This document shows positions 49,504 to 58,569 of a stretch of DNA of 64,000 nucleotides, one piece after another. The notes below the pieces were generated by a model. It was given only the letters and a program-made list of their open reading frames with translations, made no database searches and was not told the DNA's origin. Both the position numbers and the translations under genes were made by a program. Source of the stretch: Pseudogracilibacillus sp. Lineage in GTDB: Bacteria; Bacillota; Bacilli; Bacillales; Amphibacillaceae. The DNA lies in NCBI GenBank assembly GCA_035301645.1, contig DATGTX010000026.1, forward strand, positions 805 through 64,804, written 5' to 3'. Within the stretch, counting starts at the first letter, position 1; each line of letters opens with the position of its first letter.

Positions 49504-50868
49504 CTATTTAAATGTATTCCAGTAATAAACAAGTGTTTCCATACCTAAGTCAAAGCTATTCAATGGAAAACTTTCATTTGGTGAGTGTAATCTGTCTTCT
49601 GGCGTTCCAAATCCTAATAATACAATTGGATGTTTATATAAATCATCCAACCATTCAACAACAGGGATAGAGCCTCCCATACGAACAAAAACAGCCTCTT
49701 TACCAAATGCTTGTTTATAACTTTCTGCTGCTTGAGTAATAAGTGGATCCGTTGGTTCTACTTTATATGCTTTTGCAGAAAGCTTTTCTTTCTTAACATT
49801 GACTTTCACGCCTGCAGGTTTATTTTTCTGGATATGTTTTTCTAATAAGTTTTGAATTTCTTCTGGATCTTGATTAGGTACAATGCGGCATGTAATTTTC
49901 GCTGTGGCTGAAGCTGGAATAATCGTTTTAGTCCCTTCTCCTTGATACCCACCATAAATACCATTCACTTCAAATGTAGGCCTTGCCATTGTATGTTCTT
50001 TTGCTGTATAGCCTTTTTCAGAAACTGTTTCAATAGCGCCTGTTGTTTCTAAATAATCTTCACCTTCAACATTTTTTATTAATTCTCTTTCATCTTGCGT
50101 TAAATCTTCGACCCCGTCATAAAATCCATCAACTGTAATATATTCATCTTTATTTTTCATTGTCGCTAAAATTTGCGTTAATGCCATTGCTGGATTCTTA
50201 ACAGCCCCACCATATATACCTGAATGTAGATCTTGACTAGGCCCTGTCACTTCAATTTCAATGCCAGTAAAACCTTTTAAACCATATAGAATAGTCGGCT
50301 GTCCTTCAGCGACCATACCTGAATCTGAAATAACTGTGAAATCAGCTGCGAATTTTTCTTTATTTTCATTTAAATATTTATAAAGATTCTCACTTCCGAC
50401 TTCTTCTTCACCTTCAATACATACTTTTACGTTAAGAGGTAATTTTCCTTCTGTTTTCATAAACGCTTTAAACACTGCTAGATGCATAAATACTTGTCCT
50501 TTATCATCGCTTGCACCACGGGCATAGATTCGGTTATTTCTTATTTCAGGGCTGAATGGATCGCTTACCCAATCTTCATAAGGGTCAGCTGGTTGAACGT
50601 CATAATGTCCATAAAGCAAGACTGTTGGTGCATCCTTTCCTGCTTCCATATAATCACCATAAATAATTGGATGTCCGTTGGTTTCTATTGTTTCTAAATT
50701 AGAAAAACCAATATCCTTCAAATATTCATAAACATAGTTCCCTGCACGTTTAACATCTTCTGTGAATTCAGAGTCTGTACTCACACTCGGTATTTTTAAA
50801 AAGTCATCTAGTTCCTTTAAATTTTCATTCCTATTTTCTTTTAAATATTTTAATACATTTTCACTCAT
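49504..50868 (-). CDS. M20 dipeptidase
   Basis: YGHYDVQP, RGASDDKG, EGEEE, DLHSG.YGG, GGSIP, HSPNE. Confidence 0.93.
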   Translation of the reverse strand: MSENVLKYLKENRNENLKELDDFLKIPSVSTDSEFTEDVKRAGNYVYEYLKDIGFSNLETIETNGHPIIYGDYMEAGKDAPTVLLYGHYDVQPADPYEDWVSDPFSPEIRNNRIYARGASDDKGQVFMHLAVFKAFMKTEGKLPLNVKVCIEGEEEVGSENLYKYLNENKEKFAADFTVISDSGMVAEGQPTILYGLKGFTGIEIEVTGPSQDLHSGIYGGAVKNPAMALTQILATMKNKDEYITVDGFYDGVEDLTQDERELIKNVEGEDYLETTGAIETVSEKGYTAKEHTMARPTFEVNGIYGGYQGEGTKTIIPASATAKITCRIVPNQDPEEIQNLLEKHIQKNKPAGVKVNVKKEKLSAKAYKVEPTDPLITQAAESYKQAFGKEAVFVRMGGSIPVVEWLDDLYKHPIVLLGFGTPEDRLHSPNESFPLNSFDLGMETLVYYWNTFK

Positions 50869-50889
50869 TTAATTTCTTCCCTTCATTTA

Positions 50890-51696
50890 TTAATAATTGT
50901 CATCAAAATAATCGATTGGAACAAATACTCCTGCTTTGCCAATTTCATCGTCATCAATTGTCGCAAATATAACGCCAATCACTTCACCATTTTGGTTAAT
51001 AACTGGACTTCCACTGTTACCTCTGTAGACAGGAGCATCAATTGCAATAACAGGTTGATCCCAACTTTTTAGGTGAATCTCTTCAATCAAATTTCCTTTA
51101 TTTGCAATGCCACTAAATTTTAAAGGATTACCAATAAAGTAAATAAACTCATTTTTTTCATAAACTGGATTTTCAGCAAGCTTTAAGTGAGGCGTGGGTT
51201 CACCTATATCAATTTTAACAACTGCTAAATCAATGTCTGGATAATCATCAATTACTTCGCCTGTAAATAACCCATGTTCAGGAACACCCACAGTAACCGT
51301 CTCATTTCCATCGACGACATGACTATTTGTCAGCATTAATCCATCATTTGAAAATAAAAAACCTGTACCTTTACTATCGTCTGTCTCAATAACTGTAATC
51401 GACTTTTTGTATTCTTTAATATTATCTTGTTTTGATAGTTCAGTTGATGTTATCAAAAATTCAATAGCTGGAATTGAAAGGGTTTGTGGCAAAAGTGCAA
51501 CGACATTAAATGCTAACGCAAGAGATATTAGCCAAAATGCCCACTTAGGAAATCTTCGTTTCGGTTTACCATATTTTTTTTCATATGCTTCACGAGCAAA
51601 TGTCTTTTCTCTAGCCTCTTTGACCAACTCAGACATTTCCTCATCATCAATCTCTTCAACCAAATCAGTGTCAATAATATCTTCTTTAATAGTCAT
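50890..51696 (-). CDS. Membrane-anchored trypsin-like (S1C) serine protease, no PDZ
   Basis: One TM; TNSHVV, DLAV, GNSGSP triad; GGAGGTG SD before ATG 51696. Confidence 0.9.
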   Translation of the reverse strand: MTIKEDIIDTDLVEEIDDEEMSELVKEAREKTFAREAYEKKYGKPKRRFPKWAFWLISLALAFNVVALLPQTLSIPAIEFLITSTELSKQDNIKEYKKSITVIETDDSKGTGFLFSNDGLMLTNSHVVDGNETVTVGVPEHGLFTGEVIDDYPDIDLAVVKIDIGEPTPHLKLAENPVYEKNEFIYFIGNPLKFSGIANKGNLIEEIHLKSWDQPVIAIDAPVYRGNSGSPVINQNGEVIGVIFATIDDDEIGKAGVFVPIDYFDDNY

Positions 51697-51852
51697 GTCA
51701 CCTCCTATTGACATTTAGTTATTATAGTTATCATACCATTTTTTTAACACTCTCACATTTTTATATTTTATCTAGCTAAACTACCATTAGATTAAAATTA
51801 TGTTATAATTAGTTAATTATTAATTTTTAATTTAAACTATTATAAGCTTGGA

Positions 51853-52437
51853 GTGGTCAGTTTGTTTTTAAAGGAAATGTTGGAATATAATAAGAAATTT
51901 GTTGAGGGAAAAGAATATGAATTATACGGATCAGACTCAATCCCTAACAAAAAAATGGTTATTTTTACATGCATGGAGTCAAGGCTTGTAGAATTATTAC
52001 CTAAAGCTTTAAACATTCATAATGGTGATGTCAAGATGGTTAAAAATGCTGGGGCGATTATTCGAAAGCCTTTTGACAGCATTATTAAAAGTTTGCTTGT
52101 AGCCGTTTATAATTTAAAAGCTGAGCAAATTATTGTTATTGGTCACCATGACTGTGGAATGTCTAATGTTGACACTAATGCCTTGGTTGATAATATGAAG
52201 GCTAAAGGAATTAGCGAAGAAACGCTTAACGCTATCGATTATGCTGGTATTGACGTACACCAAGAATTCCATGGTTTTGAAACAGTTGAAGACTCAATAA
52301 ATCAAAGTGTTGATATTATTAGAAATCATCCACTTCTTCCTGACTATGTTAAAGTACACGGCCTTGTAATTGACCCTAACACTGGAAAAGTCGACATGGT
52401 GTATAGAGATCCTAAAAGTAATCAAGATGATTTTTAA
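51853..52437 (+). CDS. Beta-class carbonic anhydrase (YtiB-like)
   Basis: CMESR (CxDxR variant), KNAGA, GHHDC. Confidence 0.9.
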   Translation: MVSLFLKEMLEYNKKFVEGKEYELYGSDSIPNKKMVIFTCMESRLVELLPKALNIHNGDVKMVKNAGAIIRKPFDSIIKSLLVAVYNLKAEQIIVIGHHDCGMSNVDTNALVDNMKAKGISEETLNAIDYAGIDVHQEFHGFETVEDSINQSVDIIRNHPLLPDYVKVHGLVIDPNTGKVDMVYRDPKSNQDDF

Positions 52438-52440
52438 ATC

Positions 52441-52478
52441 AAAAAAACATTAACTTATTTTTAAGTTAATGTTTTTTT
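52441..52478. terminator. Bidirectional intrinsic terminator
   Basis: AAAAAAACATTAACTTA / TAAGTTAATGTTTTTTT. Confidence 0.85.
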
Positions 52479-53542
52479 GATGTTTCTTCTATAATTTCGA
52501 TAACTTTATTAAATGAATCTACTGTTTCATTGGCCATCATTTTATCTAGCATTTTAGGACTATATAAAATTAATTCATCTAAAGCTTCTAATAAAGACTG
52601 GCCCGTTAACTTCTCTTCGTCTAGCACTCTCGCATAACCTTGCTTTTCAAACGATCTCGCATTAACAATCTGATCACCACGACTTGCACCTACAGCAAGC
52701 GGAATAAGTAACATTGGAATATTTAACGCTAAAAATTCAAATATCGCATTAGAACCCGCTCGAGAGATAATATAATCTGTAATCGAATATAAATTTTTTA
52801 ACTCATCTTTAACATATTTATATTGAACGTACCCATCTTTTTGGATTGTTTCATCAATACCATCAGCACCACATATATGAATGATTTGGTAATTAACTAG
52901 TAAAGTAGATAAGTTGTCTCTCACAATTTCATTAATTATCCGAGATCCTCCACTACCACCCATTATTAGGATAACTGGTTTTGACTCATTAAATTTAGTT
53001 AATTGATAACCCTTCTCCTGTGACCCCTCAATTAGTTCTTTTCTTACCACTGCTCCCACATTAATGGTCTTCTTAACTGGCAGGTAATTTACGGTTTCTG
53101 GGAATGTTGTTAGTATTTGTTTGGAAAAAGGCGTAGCTAATCTGTTTGCTAATCCTGGAGTAAAATCTGATTCATGTGTAATAATTGGCACTCTTCTAAG
53201 CCAACCAGCAAAACTCACAGGCACAGAAACAAACCCACCTTTAGAAAATATCACGTCAGGTCGTGTGCGTCCGATAATTCGCCAAGATTGAAAAACTCCT
53301 TTTAAAATTTTAAATGGATCTTTAAAATTCTCTATCGATAAGTAACGTCTTAACTTCCCAGTTGAAACAGAATGATAAGTTACATATTCAAAATTCGTAA
53401 TTAATTCTTTCTCAATGCCTGAAATTGATCCGATATAATCAATTTTCCAACCTTTTTTATGAAAGTAAGGGATTAGAGCAGTATTAACTATAACGTGTCC
53501 TGCTGTTCCTCCACCAGTAAATAATATGCGTTTTTCTTTCAT
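52466..53542 (-). CDS. murG: Undecaprenyl-PP-MurNAc-pentapeptide GlcNAc transferase
   Basis: TGGGTAGH, GKLRRY, KGGFVSVP, HESD, SRAGS, DQ..NA. Confidence 0.95.
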   Translation of the reverse strand: MKEKRILFTGGGTAGHVIVNTALIPYFHKKGWKIDYIGSISGIEKELITNFEYVTYHSVSTGKLRRYLSIENFKDPFKILKGVFQSWRIIGRTRPDVIFSKGGFVSVPVSFAGWLRRVPIITHESDFTPGLANRLATPFSKQILTTFPETVNYLPVKKTINVGAVVRKELIEGSQEKGYQLTKFNESKPVILIMGGSGGSRIINEIVRDNLSTLLVNYQIIHICGADGIDETIQKDGYVQYKYVKDELKNLYSITDYIISRAGSNAIFEFLALNIPMLLIPLAVGASRGDQIVNARSFEKQGYARVLDEEKLTGQSLLEALDELILYSPKMLDKMMANETVDSFNKVIEIIEETSKKH

Positions 53543-53629
53543 GCGATTAGTTCTCCTCTTAAAAATATATTAAATATTATTATAGCTAAATAGTTTCTTA
53601 ATTGATACCAATAAGTAATTATTTGGTTT

Positions 53630-53676
53630 AAAAAACACCTTTAAAGTATAATTTATAATTTACTCTAAAGGTGTTT
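53630..53676 (-). terminator. Intrinsic terminator after OpuA-type ATPase gene
   Basis: AAACACCTTTA.AGTA / TACT.TAAAGGTGTTT stem with T run on the minus strand. Confidence 0.75.
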
Positions 53677-53700
53677 CTATATTTTATAAATACTTAGTTT

Positions 53701-54888
53701 TTATTCTTCTGTATCAGAAATTAGTCCAGATAATACATGCACTCTTAAAATGATTCCTTGTAGCTTTTGTTCTTCATTTACAACAGCCAAAGGGAATTTT
53801 GTCTGAAGTGACTTAGATATTATATCATTTACGTATTCTTCTTCATCGACTATTTCAATATTCTTATTTAAAATACTCTCAACCGTTCGATTCTGTTTGA
53901 TTGCTTTAACTGCATCGTCAATTGTAATAATGCCTATTAACTTTCCGATGTTGTCTTCTACAAATATACTCGACAGACTACTTTCTCTCATTTTTTTAAC
54001 TGCTTGATTTGCAGTATCTTCTATAGATACAATCATTCGAGCTTCACTCATTATGTGTTTGGCTTGGAACACTTTCGAACGATCAATATCTTGAATAAAA
54101 TCAACAATGTAATCATTAGCCGGTTCTTCAATAATTTCTTCTGGCGTACCCACTTGAACAACACGGCCGTCTCTCATCACTGCAATCCGATCACCTAATC
54201 GAAAGGCTTCATTCACATCATGCGTAATAAATACAATCGTCTTCTGTAATTTTTCTTGTAAATTAACTAGTTCGGCTTGCATTTCGCGACGGATAAGTGG
54301 ATCTAATGCACTGAAGGGTTCATCCATTAATAATATATCTGGATCATTTGCTAATGCACGAGCCAAACCTACTCGTTGTTGCATCCCTCCAGATAGTTGG
54401 CTAGGATACTGGTCTTCATACCCTTTTAATCCAACAAGTTCTATGTTTTTAAGTGCTATTTCTTTACGTTCTTTTTTTGACATTTTACGAATTTCTAAAC
54501 CGTATTCTACGTTTGCTAATATTGTCCGGTGATCAAACAGGCCAAAGTGCTGAAACACCATTGCTATTTTTTCTTGGCGTACTTTTTTTAATTTGTTTCG
54601 GTCACCTTTTGCAATGTCTTGTCCATCAATATACACCGAACCTGTTGTTGGTACATTTAATAAATTAAGACAACGAATTAAAGTAGATTTTCCACTTCCT
54701 GACAGACCCATTACTACAAAGACTTCTCCCTGTTTTATCTCAAGTGAAGCATCATAAACTCCAACCGTATGATTTGTTTCGTTTAATATATCGTCTTTTG
54801 ATCTGCCTTCTTCTACCATTGGTATTACTGAAGAAGGATCTGGTCCAAAAATTTTAGATACATGTTCAAGTTTTATTTTAGTTGTCAT
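53701..54888 (-). CDS. opuAA: Glycine betaine/proline ABC transporter ATPase with CBS pair
   Basis: GLSGSGKST, LSGGMQQRVGLARA, MDEPFSALDPLIR, C-terminal CBS domains. Confidence 0.92.
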   Translation of the reverse strand: MTTKIKLEHVSKIFGPDPSSVIPMVEEGRSKDDILNETNHTVGVYDASLEIKQGEVFVVMGLSGSGKSTLIRCLNLLNVPTTGSVYIDGQDIAKGDRNKLKKVRQEKIAMVFQHFGLFDHRTILANVEYGLEIRKMSKKERKEIALKNIELVGLKGYEDQYPSQLSGGMQQRVGLARALANDPDILLMDEPFSALDPLIRREMQAELVNLQEKLQKTIVFITHDVNEAFRLGDRIAVMRDGRVVQVGTPEEIIEEPANDYIVDFIQDIDRSKVFQAKHIMSEARMIVSIEDTANQAVKKMRESSLSSIFVEDNIGKLIGIITIDDAVKAIKQNRTVESILNKNIEIVDEEEYVNDIISKSLQTKFPLAVVNEEQKLQGIILRVHVLSGLISDTEE

Positions 54889-55745
54889 TTGTTTACCCTC
54901 CGATGTTTTTGAAATCTATCGGCAACACCATTGGTAATTCTATCAATAATAATTGCTAAGAAGACAATACTAATACCTGCTTCAAAACCTAATGCGATAT
55001 CAATTCTGTTTATTGAGATAAGCACTTGTTCACCAAGCCCAGACGCACCAACCATTGAGGCAATTACTACCATTGCAAGAGCCATCATTGTTGTTTGGTT
55101 TACACCAGCCATAATTGTAGGTAAAGCTTGGGGCAGTTGGACTTTGCGTAACATTTGTCCTCTTGATGAACCAAATGATAATGCTGATTCAATGACTTCG
55201 TCTTCTACTCCTCTTATTGCAAGCTCGGTTAATCTAATGACAGGTGGAACAGAATATATTAAAGTCGCAAAAATTGCTGATACATTTCCAAGACCAAAAA
55301 AGAATATTGCTGGTATCAAGTATACAAAACTTGGCATGGTCTGCATTGCATCTAATATAGGGCGCATAATATTTGATACTAATCGACTAAATGACATCCA
55401 TATACCCATTGGAATACCAACAATTAATGATATTCCAACTGCCGCAGTGATAATTGCAATCGTTGTCATCATATCAGTCCACAACCCAAATGTCCCTATA
55501 AGGAATATAAATATACCAAAAACTGCGCCTGATAAAATTGATTGAAAATACCAACCTAATGCAAATATAACAAGTATAAACACCCACCAAGGCATCCAAA
55601 CTAAAAAGTCGTCTATTCCATTAATTGATCTTGATGCAATAAAGAATATAAAATCAAAAAAACCTGAAAACGTTGATGCTATGTAATTGACAAAATCTTC
55701 AACATACTTTCCAATTTTTGTTGTTATTTCTGGGAAATTTTCCAT
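54885..55745 (-). CDS. opuAB: Glycine betaine/proline ABC transporter permease
   Basis: PILDAMQTMPSFVYLIP, VQLPQALPTIMAGVNQT. Confidence 0.92.
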   Translation of the reverse strand: MENFPEITTKIGKYVEDFVNYIASTFSGFFDFIFFIASRSINGIDDFLVWMPWWVFILVIFALGWYFQSILSGAVFGIFIFLIGTFGLWTDMMTTIAIITAAVGISLIVGIPMGIWMSFSRLVSNIMRPILDAMQTMPSFVYLIPAIFFFGLGNVSAIFATLIYSVPPVIRLTELAIRGVEDEVIESALSFGSSRGQMLRKVQLPQALPTIMAGVNQTTMMALAMVVIASMVGASGLGEQVLISINRIDIALGFEAGISIVFLAIIIDRITNGVADRFQKHRRVNK

Positions 55746-55814
55746 ATATACACCGCTCTTGCAGCTTCCACATCCTAACGTTTATTTTATTTAAGCATTG
55801 AGTTAAAAATTAAT

Positions 55815-55854
55815 CAAGACAGACATCTGATTATTTAACCAGTTGTCTGTCTTG
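55815..55854 (-). terminator. Intercistronic hairpin after the binding-protein gene
   Basis: CAAGACAGACA.CTG / CAG.TGTCTGTCTTG; poor U tract. Confidence 0.6.
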
Positions 55855-55858
55855 CTTC

Positions 55859-56875
55859 TTATAAGGCTTCTTTTACCTTGTCTGCAACTTCATCTGAAAC
55901 CCATGGAGTCCAAATATCTTCATGTTCATTCATCCACCAAATTGCAGCTTCATCACTAGATGCATCATTTTCTTCCATATATTCTAAAGCTTCTTCTGTT
56001 AACTCACTACTTGTTTCATAGTTTTCTAAGAATTCTACAACATCTGGTGCTTGTTCTGGCATATCCTTATGCACACCAACAACAACATCATTTGGAGGGA
56101 ATTCAGTACCACTATTTTCTTCCCAAGTCTCTTCGTCATATGGCTCTTCTTCTAAAAGTGTTAGGTCATACTTAGCAGTGATCGCTGTAGGTGCCCAGTA
56201 ATAACCAACCCAACCTTCACCTTTATTATAAGCATCAACTAATGATGCGACAATTGCTGCGTCTGAACCAGGTAAGAAGTTATTCAATGTTTCATCTAAT
56301 CCATATGTATCAAACTTCTCTGTAATATTCTTTTCTAATTCCCAACCACTTGGCGCATTAATGACTCTACCCTTACCTGGGTCTTCTGGATCTTCAAATA
56401 CTTCAGGATATTTCTTTAAATCTTCAACCGTTTTTAAATCTGGTGCAAGTGGTTCAATATCTCTTTCTGGATCTCCTTCAATAACATAAGTAGGAACATA
56501 CAAACCTTGGTCATTATCATCAAAGTTTGTTGATAAAGCTTTAATGTCACCAGAATCAATCGACTCTTCATATAATTCTTTTATGTTATCAGTCCAAATC
56601 TCTGTATAGATTTGAATATCACCATCACGTAAACCTTGAATTGTCGTAGCAGTTGAACCTGAGATAACATCTGTTTTATAATCAAAACCATTCTCAATAA
56701 TTGTCTGAGCAACACTGTTGTGGAATCTTATACTATCCCATCCTGCGTCAGCAAAAACTAATGTATCAATTTCTTTTGCTTCGTCTTTAGAACCACTATC
56801 GCTATCCCCACCACCACAAGCGGTTACAAAAGCTAGCAAAAAGATTATACCAATCGTAAATAAGGATCTTTTCAT
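55859..56875 (-). CDS. Compatible-solute binding lipoprotein (ProX/OpuAC family)
   Basis: VTAC lipobox, GWDS, TEIW, GLYVP.Y, YYW.P; very acidic. Confidence 0.9.
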   Translation of the reverse strand: MKRSLFTIGIIFLLAFVTACGGGDSDSGSKDEAKEIDTLVFADAGWDSIRFHNSVAQTIIENGFDYKTDVISGSTATTIQGLRDGDIQIYTEIWTDNIKELYEESIDSGDIKALSTNFDDNDQGLYVPTYVIEGDPERDIEPLAPDLKTVEDLKKYPEVFEDPEDPGKGRVINAPSGWELEKNITEKFDTYGLDETLNNFLPGSDAAIVASLVDAYNKGEGWVGYYWAPTAITAKYDLTLLEEEPYDEETWEENSGTEFPPNDVVVGVHKDMPEQAPDVVEFLENYETSSELTEEALEYMEENDASSDEAAIWWMNEHEDIWTPWVSDEVADKVKEAL

Positions 56876-56941
56876 TTTCTAATTATTCCCCTTTGTTTAG
56901 TTATTAAGTTCTCTCTTTAACGCTTTTTTTAGCCTATTACT

Positions 56942-56970
56942 ATCATAGCGAATCTTTTTGTTTATTACAA
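56942..56970 (-). promoter_or_regulatory. Putative sigma-A promoter of the OpuA-type operon
   Basis: TTGTAA-17 bp-TATGAT. Confidence 0.65.
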
Positions 56971-57243
56971 AAGAGATTTTACGCATTAAAGTCTTATATT
57001 ATGATAAATAGTAATGTATTTTTTATTATTAACTACATTTATACAGTTATAATGATTTATGCTCGCTTTTGCTACCTATCTTGCAATATTTACAGCAAAT
57101 AAAGTAAAAATATTTAGATTCTTTAGCTACATTGTTTTCTTTAAGCTTCATAAACATTTTTAGAACCCTGTTGATTTTCAGATTCCTACAATAACTAGTA
57201 AAATATAATGATTTTAAATTTTCAATCGATATATCATATTTAT

Positions 57244-57258
57244 CGTAAGCGATTACAA
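57244..57258 (-). promoter_or_regulatory. Possible CcpA cre site
   Basis: TTGTAATCGCTTACG, one mismatch to WTGNAANCGNWNNCW. Confidence 0.45.
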
Positions 57259-57268
57259 TTGTAAAAGT

Positions 57269-57303
57269 AAAAAGACTAGGCAAAATATTTTTGCCTAGTC
57301 TTT
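57269..57303 (-). terminator. Intrinsic terminator after odhB
   Basis: AAAGACTAGGCAAAA / TTTTGCCTAGTCTTT. Confidence 0.9.
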
Positions 57304-57313
57304 AATTATATTA

Positions 57314-58567
57314 TTAACCTTGTAGTAATAAATCATATGGATCTTCAAGCATTTCTTTAATTCTAACTAAGAAACGTACTGCTTCTGAACCATCAACAAT
57401 TCTGTGGTCATAAGACAATGCTAAATACATCATTGGGCGAACTTCAATTGTGTCGTCCGGCATTACCATTGCACGTTTAACAATGTTATGCATTCCTAAG
57501 ATACCAACTTGTGGTGCGTTTAAAATTGGTGTAGACAACATTGAACCAAATATTCCACCATTTGTGATTGTAAATGATCCGCCTTGTAATTCATTAATAC
57601 CTAATGAATTATCTTGCGCTTTACCACCAAGATCTTTAATTTCTTTTTCAATTTCACCGAAGTCTAATTTATCAGCGTCACGAATAACAGGAACAACTAA
57701 TCCACCTGGTGCTCCAACCGCAATTCCAATATCGTAATATTCTTTGATTAGTAAATCTGTACCGTCAATTTCAGCATTTAGCAGTGGGAACTCTTTTAAA
57801 GCTGCTACACTAGCTTTTGTAAAGAATGACATGAAACCAAGTTTAATATCATTTTTTGCAACAAATTTATCTTGACGCTCTTTACGTAAATTCATGATAG
57901 CTGTCATATCTACTTCGTTAAATGTAGTTAACATTGCTGCAGTTTGTTGAGCTTCTACTAAACGTTTAGCAATAGTTTGACGACGACGCGTCATTTTTTC
58001 GCGTTTTGTTGGTTTAGCAAACTCTTCTTTCTCTTCAGCTGGAGCAGATGATTTTGGTGCTTGTGCTGGTGCTTTAGCTGCTGCTTCAACATCTTCAGGA
58101 CGAATACGACCTAAAGGATCATGTGCTGTTACTTTACTTAAATCAATATTTAGTTCACGCGCACGCTTTCTAGCTGCAGGAGATGCAACAAAACCATCAT
58201 CTCCTGTAGCAACTTCTTCTGGTTCTTTTTCTTCTTCTTTTTCTGAAGTTGTTGGAGCTTTAGCTTCTTCTTTTGGTTCTTCTTTTTCAGCTTCTTTAGT
58301 TTCTGTAGGTTCTGTAGTTGCACCTGCTTCGGCATTCTCGTCAATCTTACCGATTGCATCTCCTACTTCAACATCTTCTCCTTCATCATGAAGAATTTCT
58401 ACAAGTACACCTGTAAATTCAGAGTTAACCTCAACGTTAACTTTATCTGTTTCTAACTCAACAACAGGATCACCCTGTTTAACTGTATCACCTGGTTTTA
58501 CAAGCCACTCTGCTATTGTTCCTTCTGTAATTGACTCTGCTAGTTCTGGAATTATAATTTCCTTCAC
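57314..58567 (-). CDS. odhB: 2-oxoglutarate dehydrogenase E2 (dihydrolipoamide succinyltransferase)
   Basis: ETDKV lipoyl motif, [22 protein letters not shown]. Confidence 0.98.
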   Translation of the reverse strand: MKEIIIPELAESITEGTIAEWLVKPGDTVKQGDPVVELETDKVNVEVNSEFTGVLVEILHDEGEDVEVGDAIGKIDENAEAGATTEPTETKEAEKEEPKEEAKAPTTSEKEEEKEPEEVATGDDGFVASPAARKRARELNIDLSKVTAHDPLGRIRPEDVEAAAKAPAQAPKSSAPAEEKEEFAKPTKREKMTRRRQTIAKRLVEAQQTAAMLTTFNEVDMTAIMNLRKERQDKFVAKNDIKLGFMSFFTKASVAALKEFPLLNAEIDGTDLLIKEYYDIGIAVGAPGGLVVPVIRDADKLDFGEIEKEIKDLGGKAQDNSLGINELQGGSFTITNGGIFGSMLSTPILNAPQVGILGMHNIVKRAMVMPDDTIEVRPMMYLALSYDHRIVDGSEAVRFLVRIKEMLEDPYDLLLQG

Positions 58568-58569
58568 TG

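Noticed and set aside
57047-57283. 78-aa ORF with a CCKYC motif upstream of the OpuA-type operon
   Set aside because: Starts inside the odhB terminator, has no SD and no family resemblance
58150-58359. Lys/Gln-rich 69-aa ORF
   Set aside because: Alternative frame of the Glu/Ala/Lys-rich OdhB linker
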